NCBI GenBank assembly: GCA_963809485.1
Contig: CAWEJX010000007.1
Coordinates: 544,001 to 608,000 of the forward strand
Length of the DNA stretch: 64,000 nt
From: an uncultured Acidobacteriota bacterium
Lineage (GTDB): Bacteria; Acidobacteriota; UBA6911
Direction: 5' to 3'
Below the pieces are notes generated by a model that saw only the letters and a list, made by a program, of their open reading frames with translations, did no database searches and was not told the origin of the DNA. A program made the position numbers and the translations under genes. This document shows, one piece after another, positions 37,364-49,248 of the stretch (position 1 is the stretch's first letter; every line of letters begins with the position of its first letter).

Positions 37364-39172
37364 ATGGCGGAAAATATCGAAGCGGTTTTGCATAAATACT
37401 GGGGATTCGACAGGTTCCTTCCTCTGCAGAGGGAGGCCATGGAATGTGTCTGCGGGGGGCGCGACTCCATCGTTGTCCTGCCCACCGGTGGAGGGAAATC
37501 CTTGTGCTTTCAGGCACCCGCCCTGCTCCTGCCGCACCTGACGCTTGTCGTTTCGCCGCTGATTTCGCTGATGAAGGACCAGATCGACTCCCTGCTGGAG
37601 TGCGGCGTTTCCGCCGGCCGGCTGGACAGCACGATGTCCAATCCGGAAAGGAATGAGGTCTTCGAAAGACTGCGCGCGCGCAGGCTGAAACTTCTCTACG
37701 TGTCGCCGGAACGGCTCCTGATGCCGGGATTCCTGGATTTCCTGAAGGGCCATGGGATCTCTTCCGTGGCCATCGACGAAGCCCATTGCGTCAGCATGTG
37801 GGGGCACGATTTCCGTCCGGAATACCGCCAGCTCAGCATTTTGCGCGAGGCGCTGCCCGGGATCCCGATCGGCGCCTATACGGCCACGGCGACCGAGCAG
37901 GTCCGGCGCGATATCGCCGGGCAACTGCGGCTGGATCATCCGGAAATCCTGGTCGGCGGGTTCGACCGCCCGAATCTGATATACAGAGTGCGACGCCGCA
38001 CGAATGCCCTGAAGCAGATACGCGATGTGCTGGATCGTCACCGGGGAGAATCGGGGATCATTTACTGCATCCGGCGGGCGGATGTCGATGAAATGACCCA
38101 GGCGCTGTCGAGTCACGGCTACCGCGTCGCCCCGTATCACGCCGGCATGACGGACGACGACAGGAAAAAAAGCCAGGACGCTTTCATCGACGAAGAAGTG
38201 GATATCATCGCTGCGACGGTGGCTTTCGGCATGGGCATCGACAAATCCAATGTCCGGTACGTGGTCCACGCGGCGATGCCGAAATCGCTCGAGCACTATC
38301 AGCAGGAAAGCGGACGCGCGGGACGCGACAGCCTGGAAGCCGAATGCCATCTTTTCTATTCCGGGGCCGACTACCTGATCTGGAAACGCATCCTCGAAGA
38401 ATCCGAAGAGCAGGGCGCCGAAATAGGCGTTGCCAAGCTGGGGCAGATGTACCGCTATTGCAGCGGCGTCACCTGCCGGCACAAGGCGATCCTCGGCTAC
38501 TTTGGCCAGCAGCCGGCCAGCGAAAACTGCCGGGCATGCGATATCTGCCTCGGCGAAGTGGAAGGCGTGGCGGATGCTCTGACAGTGGCGCAAAAAATAC
38601 TCTCCAGCGTGATACGCCAGGGCGAACGCTTCGGCGCGGACTATACGGCCGGCGTGCTGATCGGCTCGCGCGAAGACCGCATCCTGGCCAACCATCACGA
38701 TCAGCTGAGCACCTACGGCCTGCTGAAAGATTCGTCGCGCTCCACCGTGCGGGACTGGATCGAGCAGCTTACGGAGCAGGAGTGCGTGGAGAGAGTCGGC
38801 GAATACGGAGTGCTGAGGGTCACCGACAAAGGCCGCCGCATGCTGAAAGGCCGGGAGCAGCCGCTGCTGCTGGAAGCGGCAAAGAAGAAGCCGCCGAAAC
38901 CCGTGATCGAGAAAGAATCGTGGGAAGGCGTCGACCGGGCGCTTTTCGAGCAACTGCGCCGCCTGCGCCGCAAGCTTGCGCAGCAGCACTCCGTGCCTGC
39001 CTATATCGTGTTCAGCGATGCCACGCTGCGCGACCTGGCGAGGAAACGCCCCTTGACTCCGGCCGCCTTATTGGGAGTTTCCGGCATCGGCATGAAAAAA
39101 CTGGAACAGTACGGGGAAGAGGTGTTATCAGAAATAAGGCGGTATTGCGGCGCAAAAGCGGATGAAATTTGA
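37364..39172 (+). CDS. recQ: ATP-dependent DNA helicase RecQ
   Basis: PTGGGKSLCFQ, DEAHC, QESGRAGRD, Zn-binding RQC and HRDC (PAYIVFSDATL). Confidence 0.96.
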   Translation: MAENIEAVLHKYWGFDRFLPLQREAMECVCGGRDSIVVLPTGGGKSLCFQAPALLLPHLTLVVSPLISLMKDQIDSLLECGVSAGRLDSTMSNPERNEVFERLRARRLKLLYVSPERLLMPGFLDFLKGHGISSVAIDEAHCVSMWGHDFRPEYRQLSILREALPGIPIGAYTATATEQVRRDIAGQLRLDHPEILVGGFDRPNLIYRVRRRTNALKQIRDVLDRHRGESGIIYCIRRADVDEMTQALSSHGYRVAPYHAGMTDDDRKKSQDAFIDEEVDIIAATVAFGMGIDKSNVRYVVHAAMPKSLEHYQQESGRAGRDSLEAECHLFYSGADYLIWKRILEESEEQGAEIGVAKLGQMYRYCSGVTCRHKAILGYFGQQPASENCRACDICLGEVEGVADALTVAQKILSSVIRQGERFGADYTAGVLIGSREDRILANHHDQLSTYGLLKDSSRSTVRDWIEQLTEQECVERVGEYGVLRVTDKGRRMLKGREQPLLLEAAKKKPPKPVIEKESWEGVDRALFEQLRRLRRKLAQQHSVPAYIVFSDATLRDLARKRPLTPAALLGVSGIGMKKLEQYGEEVLSEIRRYCGAKADEI

Positions 39173-39226
39173 AAGCGTGCCGCCTCTCGCCGCAATGACG
39201 CCGCCGGTTTGCCGGGGGAGGTCAGC

Positions 39227-39532
39227 ATGAACGTAATCGCGGATCTTTGCGTGGTGCCGATCGGGGTGGGTGTGAGCCTGGGATCCTACATCGCTGAATG
39301 CGAGAAAGTCCTGCTCAAGGCCGGATTGAAGATCCGGCTGCATGGCTACGGCACCAACATCGAGGGAGAATGGGACCAGGTGATGCAGGCAATCAGGGAA
39401 TGCCACGAGACGCTCCATCGCATGGGGGCTCCGCGGATCAGCAGCACGGTCCGGCTGGGCACGAGGATCGACCGGGACCAGACGATAGAGGACAAAATCC
39501 GCAGCGTGGAAGAAAAGCTCCAGCCGAATTAG
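39227..39532 (+). CDS. MTH1187/YkoF-like thiamine-binding protein
   Basis: VVPIG..SLGSYIA, HGYGTNIEGEWD and GAPRIS..RLGTRIDR. Confidence 0.88.
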   Translation: MNVIADLCVVPIGVGVSLGSYIAECEKVLLKAGLKIRLHGYGTNIEGEWDQVMQAIRECHETLHRMGAPRISSTVRLGTRIDRDQTIEDKIRSVEEKLQPN

Positions 39533-39847
39533 CCGCCACGCGCAAAGACGGTGGCATGAGGAAGCCCCCAAATGGGGGCAGCGCCCCGTTTTTCGTAAAG
39601 GCGAAAGTGTATTCCGTTGTTGAAGAGGAACAGATCATACCCGGTACTCAGGCTGACGCCGGAATGCACTATGACGATGGATTTGTCCGTGGCACTCCAT
39701 TAAAAATTGACGATGGACGATTGAAAATTTGGGCTATGTCGGTATTTCGAATCTTCCATTTTCATTTTTTATTTTTTGAATCCATTGCACTTTGTTTTGA
39801 TATGTAAATTGGAAAATAGTCTGTCATGATGGAGGATGGAGGTGCCT

Positions 39848-41263
39848 ATGAAGGACAACAAGGACCTCAGTGTGTTCTTTCAGCCGAAAAGCGTGGCCAT
39901 CGTCGGAGCGTCCTCCGATCCGAAGAAACCCGGGAATACTGCACTTAAGAATCTCGTCTCTATGGGCTATCAGGGCAAAGTATTTCCGGTCAATCCCCGT
40001 GAGGATTCCATCCTGGGCTTCCGCTGCTACAGGAACATGCTGGAAATTCCTGAGCCCGTCGATATTTGCGTTCTTCTGGTCTCTGCAGACTTTACTATGC
40101 AGGTTTCCAAGGAACTGGTGCAGAGGAAGAGCCGGTATCACGATGTAGCCGGGGCCGTCTGCATGTCGGCCGGATTTAGAGAACTGAATACCAGCGAAGC
40201 CACGCAGCGCGAGCAGGAGCTGGTTGAGACCTTGAGATCGGCTTCAATCCGGCTGGTCGGCCCGAACTGCCTGGGGATCATCGATGCCTACAGCGGATTC
40301 AATACCAACTTCGATATCCCAAGCTATCCGAAGGGCGGGGTGAGCATTCTGACGCAAAGCGGCGCATTCGCGAATTCGTTTCTCTTCTGGGCGGAGGGCC
40401 TGCGTTTGACCGGCCTGAGCAAATTTGCCTCCATCGGCAACATGGCGGATGTGAACATGGGTGAACTGCTCACGCTACTAAAGGATGACGAGTCCACACG
40501 AGTCATCGGCATCTACCTGGAGGGCCTGACGAATCCCGGGGAGTTTTTCAAAATTGCCGGTGAGGTCAGCGCCGTAAAGCCTATCGTGGTCATGAAGACC
40601 GGGAAGAGCGATGTCGGTTCCACCGCCGCGCTGTCGCATACGGGTTCCGTTGCAGGCGACGATGCGGTCTATGACGCCGCTTTCAAACAGTCCGGCATGA
40701 TACGCGCTGAGACCGTCCTGGAATTCTTTGACACACTGAGAGCCTTTGAGCGGCAGCCGATTCCGGAAGGGAACCGGGTCTGCGTGCTCACGCATATGGG
40801 AGGGCCGGGGACAATCTGCATCGACGAGATCGCGGCAGGCGCGAATTTGCAGCTGGCCAAATTTTCGGCCGAAACCCGAGACGCTCTCAGGAAAATATGC
40901 GCCCCAATGGCCAATATCGGCCATCCCGACGGATATATTGATTTGACGGCGGCTCATCATGAGAAACTTCACAACCAGGTGTTGCAGATTCTTTTCGCGG
41001 AGCCGAATGTGGATCTGGTCCTGCAGATATTGGCTCCGAGCGCATTCATCGATCAAAGGCTGATTGTTGAAGAGATTGCCAAAGCGTACCAAGCGCAGCA
41101 GGGCAGGAAAAAGCCATTTTTGAATGCAGTGACCTTTGGGCGTTTCGCGCTGGAAGTCAGGCAGGGCCTGGAGGGTGCCGGCCTGCCCACGTTTGAATAT
41201 CCCGATATGCTTGCCCGGGTCGCAGGGAATATGGGAGCTTACGCGGCATTCCGCAAAAAATAG
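39848..41263 (+). CDS. ADP-forming acyl-CoA synthetase alpha-type subunit (CoA-binding and ligase domains, no ATP-grasp)
   Basis: PKSVAIVGAS, GPNCLG, QSGA, SIGNMAD and AALSHTGS phospho-His motif. Confidence 0.88.
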   Translation: MKDNKDLSVFFQPKSVAIVGASSDPKKPGNTALKNLVSMGYQGKVFPVNPREDSILGFRCYRNMLEIPEPVDICVLLVSADFTMQVSKELVQRKSRYHDVAGAVCMSAGFRELNTSEATQREQELVETLRSASIRLVGPNCLGIIDAYSGFNTNFDIPSYPKGGVSILTQSGAFANSFLFWAEGLRLTGLSKFASIGNMADVNMGELLTLLKDDESTRVIGIYLEGLTNPGEFFKIAGEVSAVKPIVVMKTGKSDVGSTAALSHTGSVAGDDAVYDAAFKQSGMIRAETVLEFFDTLRAFERQPIPEGNRVCVLTHMGGPGTICIDEIAAGANLQLAKFSAETRDALRKICAPMANIGHPDGYIDLTAAHHEKLHNQVLQILFAEPNVDLVLQILAPSAFIDQRLIVEEIAKAYQAQQGRKKPFLNAVTFGRFALEVRQGLEGAGLPTFEYPDMLARVAGNMGAYAAFRKK

Positions 41264-41472
41264 CCGGAAAAGACCCGAGGAATAATTTCTGCGACCCCAA
41301 ACTGCGGAAGTCTGGCTAAGCCGCAGGACCAGGCGTCCCAAAAGATGTAAACCAAGGCTCCATAATTCCAATAACTGTTTCGCGCCGGGGCTTCGCTTCA
41401 TTCCATTATGTCTGAAAACGAAAGGGAGCGGGGCCGCACAGACAAAGGAGCCGCGCGGCTCCGCCCGTTGAG

Positions 41473-41590
41473 TCACGCGAGCAATTTGGCAGCCTCCTCA
41501 TCATCCACTGCGGGGTAGATCTCTATGGACAGGAGATCGGTCCATCGATGGGCCCATTTCGCCAATGCCATGGGATCATCGCGTCCTTCG
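41473..41590 (-). pseudogene. Probable C-terminal fragment of a DUF3303-like protein
   Basis: DDPMALAKWAHRWTDLLSIEIYPAVDDEEAAKLLA recalls DUF3303 C-termini; N-terminal part absent. Confidence 0.4.
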
Positions 41591-41690
41591 CTATGCCCCT
41601 GATTTGAGCATCCAGCCGGCCGAGCCAAAGCCGGCAAAATAGGGGCAGCGAAACAGGGGGATAGGTGCTGCAGCCACGCAGGCACTCGGA

Positions 41691-42923
41691 TCAGCGACGC
41701 CGAAGGGCCGGCATCCTCTCATCGCCGGGGTCGATTTGGACGCCGATGGCGTTGAGCGCCATCGCGTTAGCCCGATAGTTGGCAGCGCTGGTTGTGGCGT
41801 CGATCAACAGGGTCGTGCCGAAGCGCTCGGCCATCGAATTCCAGGTGCGATCAGAGATCATGGAGTCCCGATACAGTTCATCGGCGGCATTCAATAACAC
41901 GACCTCGAAGGGATCCCAACCGGGTGCGGCCGGCCCGGCGGCAATTTTCAGCGGGTCCAGGCCCATCTCGCGCGCGCGTCCGATCTTCCCCACGTGCTGC
42001 ACCCACTCGTACTCCGATTGGCAGTTCCATCCGGTGCGGAGGATGAGCAATTCCCGATGCCGCGGGTCGAGCTTCGATTGCTGTTTGGAGTGGTAGAAGT
42101 CCTTGCCGCCCAGCAGCTCGGTGCGTTTCTGCCCGAACGTGCGGCCGAATGCTATGCCCGGTCCCTCGAGAGGCAGGATACGTGCGACCGTGAGCGGCGG
42201 CTCACGCTCAGGAACCACCATGAGATAGGGAATCTCCGTAGGCATATGCTCCGTCAGAGCCGCGTCGGGCTGAATACCTAGGGTGTTCAATAAGAGCGAC
42301 ACCGTCGTGAAGTGAGCTACGGTCAGGACGGCGTCCATCAGGTGGTCGATGTCATAATTCGCAGCCAGCGCCTTCCACGTTTCGTCGGTCACGGATGAAT
42401 TCCGAAACAGCTGGTCTGCGAGGCGAAGTAGTGTAGCCTCGAAGGGATCCCAGCCGCGCCGGTCCGGTCCCTGCGCAATCCGTTGAAGTTCGCCCGATGT
42501 CATACCCAGTGTCCGGGCAATGGGCGCATGCTCGCTCCACACGCAGTCGTTGTTGAGGAGCCAGGCCGTGCGCAGTATTAAAATTTCGCGATGACGCGGG
42601 GAAAGGCTTGAGTCGCGCGCGATGTAATTCTGCATCGGCATCATGCCGTCCACTAACTCCGGGACGTTGAGGAGCGTCTTGATGGCGTTACCCGCGCGCC
42701 CATCGGCCAGATGCTTCGCGACCAGCTTCCGGTGCACGTCCGTCCATTGCGACTCCGGCAGCGGGAGTATCCGGGGCTTCAGTAAGCGGACAGGCCGCAC
42801 ATGACCCGGGCGGTCCGGAACGGCCAGGCCGCCGTCCCGGGTCTGGAGCGCCATGCGGATGGGCGCCATGACCGGGAGAGCTATGCCCAAGAATAGCAAC
42901 AGCGGCTGCCTTATCAGACGCAT
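41691..42923 (-). CDS. Carboxymuconolactone decarboxylase (CMD/AhpD) family protein with two tandem domains and a signal-like N-terminus
   Basis: Internal duplication RHREILILRTAW..CVWSEH / RHRELLILRTGW..YEWVQH, with WDPFE in both halves. Confidence 0.85.
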   Translation of the reverse strand: MRLIRQPLLLFLGIALPVMAPIRMALQTRDGGLAVPDRPGHVRPVRLLKPRILPLPESQWTDVHRKLVAKHLADGRAGNAIKTLLNVPELVDGMMPMQNYIARDSSLSPRHREILILRTAWLLNNDCVWSEHAPIARTLGMTSGELQRIAQGPDRRGWDPFEATLLRLADQLFRNSSVTDETWKALAANYDIDHLMDAVLTVAHFTTVSLLLNTLGIQPDAALTEHMPTEIPYLMVVPEREPPLTVARILPLEGPGIAFGRTFGQKRTELLGGKDFYHSKQQSKLDPRHRELLILRTGWNCQSEYEWVQHVGKIGRAREMGLDPLKIAAGPAAPGWDPFEVVLLNAADELYRDSMISDRTWNSMAERFGTTLLIDATTSAANYRANAMALNAIGVQIDPGDERMPALRRR

Positions 42924-43528
42924 CTCAGCCCTCCATCGGTTCACAGCTTGAGGCCACTCGGAGTGAGTCCCGTCGGTCCGGTGGACGCACTGCAAACAGC
43001 CCCACAGGCTCCGGCCAAAAATGTTACCTGATGCCCGCGTTCAGCCCGGGCGTTGCAGTCATGGTAGTGACGGTGTCCACCACCGATTTTGGAATCATCC
43101 TGCGCCAGCCCAAATGGCGTCACAATCAAGCCGACGCTGCTGATCCGGTTTCACTCTGCCTGGCCAGGGCGATGCGTGCGCCTCATAAGCAACCATAGTC
43201 CCGCCACCAGGAGACGAAAGCAGGAGCATATGGCGAATTGGCCGCGATTATATATCTTGTGCCCCGATACTTCCCAACGATTTGTTCCGCTGCTTGTTAT
43301 TGGGAAGCACCCTGCAGTGTGCAACCTGCACGGCACTCGAACCATGAACAGATCGATTCATAGACAGCATTGGAGTAATTTCCCCGGCCGGCGGCGAAAT
43401 GAAATGCGCTGCCTGAGCGCGCAAACCGTAGCCGTTTGAGAGGCCGAAGAAATGGCACAGGTGCAAGTCAGTTTCCGCCGTAACGGTGCATTTGATGCTG
43501 AAATTTGGCTTCAGGTGGCCCGGAAAAC

Positions 43529-43559
43529 AAAAAGGCTGCCCCAAAAGGGCAGCCCCTTT
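43529..43559 (-). terminator. Intrinsic terminator-like hairpin
   Basis: GGCTGCCC-loop-GGGCAGCC with a T-run on the minus strand. Confidence 0.5.
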
Positions 43560-43795
43560 CAACTATGCGAGAAGGCTGAAAAGGCTATTTCCTTCTATGC
43601 CATGCCGCCAAGCCTCCGGAACGCCTGCCCCACGAGGCAGGCAAAAACCCTGGAACCGGACGTTGATTTTCTCGCCCGGGAGGCTGCCTCGCGGCTATTT
43701 GACGGCATCGACCGACCCCACAAATTCCGCTCCAACGGCTGCGGTTGTTGAAGGATCCAAACGTTTGTATATTTGAGCAAGATCTCGGAGGAGCG

Positions 43796-43999
43796 ATGAA
43801 GCTTCAAGTCGTCATTCATGAGGCGGAAGAAGGCGGATATTGGGCAGAGGTTCCGGCGATCCCGGGTTGCGCGACACAGGGTGAGACGATCGAGGAATTG
43901 CTGCAGAATATCTATGAAGCAGTTGAGGGCTGCCTGGCGGTTCCGCTGAAAAAAATCAAGATGGCAAAGAAAGGTAGGATTCTGGAGATTGCGGTATGA
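43796..43999 (+). CDS. hicB: HicB family antitoxin
   Basis: [35 protein letters not shown]; GGAGGAG RBS. Confidence 0.88.
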   Translation: MKLQVVIHEAEEGGYWAEVPAIPGCATQGETIEELLQNIYEAVEGCLAVPLKKIKMAKKGRILEIAV

Positions 44000-44094
44000 A
44001 GTCCGTGTCGGGCACGGATTGCATGAAGAAATTCATTCTGCGGCAATCCGTGCCAATTCGCGGCCTGCTTTTTGTTGCCGGAACTATCGGATAA
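43996..44094 (+). pseudogene. HicA toxin stub interrupted by a palindrome
   Basis: ATGA overlap with hicB and an MKSVSG start typical of HicA, then GGCACGGATTGC...GCAATCCGTGCC and no GSH motif. Confidence 0.55.
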
Positions 44095-44118
44095 ACCCAG
44101 GCTATGGTCAAACACAAG

Positions 44119-44535
44119 TCAAGGGGTCGGGGGCAGGAAACCCAGTTGCCGCATCACAACCGCAGAATCGGAATAGGAAGCGACGTGGCTGATTTTGTCC
44201 CCGCTCAGCGTTTTCACAGCCGCATACCGGCATGAAAACCTCTTGCCGGTTGCCGGCATACCCATGAAGTCCCCTGTGTGCTTGCCGCTTAGGATATATT
44301 CTTCGCACTCGTGATTGCCGGAGCAGAAAAACGCGGTCCGTTCCGCTTTCATGTCGGAAATTGCCGAGAAGGAATTTTTGAAATAGTTGCGAACCTCTTC
44401 CTTGCCGCGAAGGACGGTTCCGTCTGACATAGTCACCACTACATCGTCCGTATGGAAGGAAAGAAATCCTTCCAGGTCGTGTGCATTGAGCACCGCAAAA
44501 AGGTTTTGGGACTGCTTATCAAGATCTGTCGCCAT
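44119..44535 (-). CDS. SnoaL-like ester cyclase / NTF2-fold protein
   Basis: NAHDLE, GKHTGDFMGMPATGKRF and MRQLG. Confidence 0.87.
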   Translation of the reverse strand: MATDLDKQSQNLFAVLNAHDLEGFLSFHTDDVVVTMSDGTVLRGKEEVRNYFKNSFSAISDMKAERTAFFCSGNHECEEYILSGKHTGDFMGMPATGKRFSCRYAAVKTLSGDKISHVASYSDSAVVMRQLGFLPPTP

Positions 44536-44662
44536 TTCAGTGTGTCTCCTTTCAAAGTTTATCGTTGGATTTTCTGCATCAAAAATAATGATTCCCTGCG
44601 CCGGAGCTCATAGGGTCTGGCGATCAAATCGGAATGCCCGATTTAAGCAGCCGTGCCGGAAG

Positions 44663-45121
44663 CTATTGCTTGTCCCAGATTTCCACAAAATCAACAGATT
44701 GGCCCTTATCCCCGATGTATTGGATCCTCTGGGTCATTGTTTTTCCGTCTCTGCTTACGGTGTTATGGTGCATTTGGGCCTGCTTGCCATTCTGAATGAA
44801 CGTGGTAAGGGTTTCGCCTGAAGCAAGCACCGTAAGGATGGCCGTAAGGTTTTCAGGCAAACCGCTGACAATGCCTCCCTGCCGGGGGTGTGTCATTTTC
44901 ATTGAAAGGGGAGAGCCATCCGCGTTCACGCCCGTGATGGCCAGCTCCATCTGGTCCGTGCCCAGTTCGCGTTTCACCAGCGTCTGCTCCCGCGGGGCTT
45001 GCTCGGTCGGCGGGAATTTGGATTTCGCAATATTGAGCTTCCAGGTTCCTACGCTCGGGTCGGCCGACCACAACGCGCCTGCCAATCCAAAAACAGCCAT
45101 CAAAAGCATTGCCTTACGCAT
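44663..45121 (-). CDS. Secreted hypothetical beta-rich protein
   Basis: Signal peptide then ADPSVGTWKLNIAKSK...VSRDGKTMT...WDKQ; GGAGG RBS. Confidence 0.78.
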   Translation of the reverse strand: MRKAMLLMAVFGLAGALWSADPSVGTWKLNIAKSKFPPTEQAPREQTLVKRELGTDQMELAITGVNADGSPLSMKMTHPRQGGIVSGLPENLTAILTVLASGETLTTFIQNGKQAQMHHNTVSRDGKTMTQRIQYIGDKGQSVDFVEIWDKQ

Positions 45122-45448
45122 GGAATTTTTCCTCCGTTTTGCATTTTTAATGTTGCGCGGATCCGGCAGAACCGCAGCAAAGAGTGTCCCTATTGTTTTT
45201 TTGAGTCTGTTGTCGTGATGCAATATACGTATACCCATCCACGGCCAGAGTCAACGGCTCTCATCGGGAAGATCGCGCAAAAAGCAATGGCGGGATTGAA
45301 ATAGGCTTCGGAAGATAGCAGGGAGGATCGATGCCAAGGCACTGCATGCGTTGATCGAACTGGAAGATGGGTCGCACATGGGTGTCAACGTTCAGTGGGA
45401 GCCGATCAGGCGGAAATGACACCGGTTTCTTTTTCTATCTGGCTCTTC

Positions 45449-45474
45449 GAAGGCCGCCCCGAGAGGCGGCCTTC
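45449..45474. terminator. GC-rich hairpin downstream of the sulfatase
   Basis: GAAGGCCGCC-CCGAGA-GGCGGCCTTC. Confidence 0.45.
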
Positions 45475-45749
45475 TTCAGCATCAACCATGGGATATTTCT
45501 TTCGCGGTTATTCCGGATCAGGCAAACCTGCTTTTGCGAAAGTAGTTCTCCTGTTGGCTCCCCGGAGATATCTGCTGATCACCATTGATCCGATGTTTTC
45601 ATAGAAGGATTTTATGCGCCCGGCTGTTTCGATAAATTGTGGGGTGACATTGTTTTTCTGCCTTCGGCCTGTCCTGATATCGTTCAGTGCTTCGCCCTTC
45701 TGGAGACTCCATGGGCTCCAGACAGCGGCGGCATGCTTTTGGTCCCGCC

Positions 45750-47225
<1,476 letters not shown>

Positions 47226-47546
47226 CGTCAGCTCCCTTTGATTGAGGTTAAAAAGGCAATCGGAGGATGAGCCATTCCTCTTTCATTTGGAGGCGGGCAA
47301 ACATTCCGTCCGCGAGCAGGCAATTCGCAGGGGAATTACGGATCCATGAATATCCAATCTCTGCGCATCCGGTCGTTTGCGCTCCATTCTCCATAATGCA
47401 TCACAAATTCAGCCAGATATCGATATGGCATGCGATTCTATCCCTCCCGATACGCAGCATCAACATCATTGTCTTTAAAAAAAGACAATGGTCTGCTGTA
47501 AATCTGCGGACAGCAAACCATTCACGGTCGCTTGAGGAATTGCTGT

Positions 47547-49190
47547 TCAAGGAATCTTTTCAGAGCTGCAGACGAAATTGGCGGCATCGTCGGTGCTTCC
47601 CGTACCCTTGTATTTTGCAGCTTGAGGATAGGGGCACAATGGTCGCGAACGATCCACTTTCCCATTGGTCGAGTGCGTTGCGACAATCCGGTCGGGCGCG
47701 TTCCCCTTTTCCACCCACTGCTCCAATGATGTGAGCGCATCGAACGTATTCGGGCCCGGCCCGCCGCTGCAGTGCGCCATTCCCGGCGCCATAAAGAGCC
47801 GAATGAAGTCCTCAGTTTTTCCGGCTCCTCCCATTTTTTTCTGAACGTTTTCAAAATAACGGACTGTATTTCTCGGCGAGATATTCTGATCCAGCCAACC
47901 GTGATACAGGATCAGTTTGCCCCCGCGCTTTTTAAAGGGTGCAAGATCCGGATTGGTGGAATCGAGAACCGGCCCGAGTCTTTTGGAGGCATTTTCCATA
48001 AGAACGAAACTCTTCGGATCGGAGAATGAAAGGCTCTTCCAGTCCCAATTGGGGTTTTTCAGCACCATATACTTGAAATAAGAAATTGGCGTGTTAAAGG
48101 GATCGTTGATGTGGCCCGGCCAGAAGGTTTCGCTGCTTTTTTCGTAGCCGTACCAGAAGCGTTTTCCGGTTGAAGGGTCCTTCAATCCTTCGTAAATCTT
48201 TCGAACCGAATCCGCCTGTGACGCAGTGAGGCAATTCGGGCCATCGGGTCCGGAACACTGGATTTTTGCCGGATCAAATCCGCATCGCTGAGGATCCCCG
48301 ATGACATCGTCCTTAACTCCATCCATCGCGTCGCAGGCTGCCAAGGCAGCGTTGGCGATCAACGGCAGCTTTTCATTCGGGATTCTGCTTGCCTCGTCCC
48401 TGTGCGTTACCCAGGCTGCATACAGTTCTCCCGGCCAGAGGTGTGTGGGGAAATTCGCCGGAGCCCCGGCGACGATGCCGTTGTAGTCCGCAGGATAGCG
48501 TTGAGCCTCCGACAACGCCTGGCCGCCTCCTCCCGAACAGCCGGTAAAATAGGAATACTGTGGATCCTGATTGTAATACGCCCGGATGATGGCTTTTGCG
48601 GCAACAGCCGTCATGTGGATGGAGCGCGATGCAAAGTCAACGAGCAGTTTTTCATCCAGCGCCCAGGAATCATCGTTAAATTTGTCAACGTGCCCTGTAT
48701 CCGTGCTGGCAGTAGCGTAGCCTCGCACGAGCGATTGCATCATGGCATCATAGGCGATGAACCCTGCCAGCCCTCCGTTACCGACGCCATTGAATTTCCC
48801 GTTCCAGCGTTTATCTCCGGAAGCCGGCGGCAACCAGACCTCAAAGTTGATTGACGGCTGCACCACTCCAACCACACGGCAGAAGGCGGGCAGATCCTTT
48901 GTCGTTTCCATCGGGCCCCGGCCCATCTCAGGCTTCAGGCCCCGTCCTGCATCCTGCGGTCCTCCGAAGGGAGGCTGCCCGCCCCCCATCGCCATACCTC
49001 GGCCCGGGGGAGTGAATTCGCCTGCCGCCATCCATTGGGCGGAAGAGATGGTCGTCTCCGGAATTGGGAGGCTTTTCAAATTTTCACAGGATCCCCCGGC
49101 AGAAGACTGAGCGAACGCGGTGGCTCCCGATGAAACCAACGCGAGGCTCAAGCCTGCAAGCGCGTAAAACAAAATGCGAGCCTTCATCAT
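47547..49190 (-). CDS. Tannase/feruloyl esterase family hydrolase
   Basis: WNGKF, GYATASTDTGH, GCSGGG, YHGWLD, PGMAHC and RPLCPYP; signal peptide; start ATG 49190 after AAAGGA. Confidence 0.92.
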   Translation of the reverse strand: MMKARILFYALAGLSLALVSSGATAFAQSSAGGSCENLKSLPIPETTISSAQWMAAGEFTPPGRGMAMGGGQPPFGGPQDAGRGLKPEMGRGPMETTKDLPAFCRVVGVVQPSINFEVWLPPASGDKRWNGKFNGVGNGGLAGFIAYDAMMQSLVRGYATASTDTGHVDKFNDDSWALDEKLLVDFASRSIHMTAVAAKAIIRAYYNQDPQYSYFTGCSGGGGQALSEAQRYPADYNGIVAGAPANFPTHLWPGELYAAWVTHRDEASRIPNEKLPLIANAALAACDAMDGVKDDVIGDPQRCGFDPAKIQCSGPDGPNCLTASQADSVRKIYEGLKDPSTGKRFWYGYEKSSETFWPGHINDPFNTPISYFKYMVLKNPNWDWKSLSFSDPKSFVLMENASKRLGPVLDSTNPDLAPFKKRGGKLILYHGWLDQNISPRNTVRYFENVQKKMGGAGKTEDFIRLFMAPGMAHCSGGPGPNTFDALTSLEQWVEKGNAPDRIVATHSTNGKVDRSRPLCPYPQAAKYKGTGSTDDAANFVCSSEKIP

Positions 49191-49203
49191 AATTCCTTTC
49201 ATA

Positions 49204-49231
49204 AAAATGCGTCGGCCCAGCCGGCGCATTT
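49204..49231 (-). terminator. Hairpin between the TBDR and tannase genes
   Basis: AAAATGCGTCGG-CCCAG-CCGGCGCATTTT; T-run follows on the minus strand. Confidence 0.45.
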
Positions 49232-49248
49232 TGCTCTTCAGACCTAAG

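Noticed and set aside
41285-41350. Possible c-di-GMP-I riboswitch on the minus strand
   Set aside because: Only a GGGACGC-like fragment matches; the GCAAA/GAAA elements are missing. An Rfam scan would be needed.
42941-43440. Possible decayed gene upstream of the CMD gene
   Set aside because: No consistent frame or motif could be assigned by eye.
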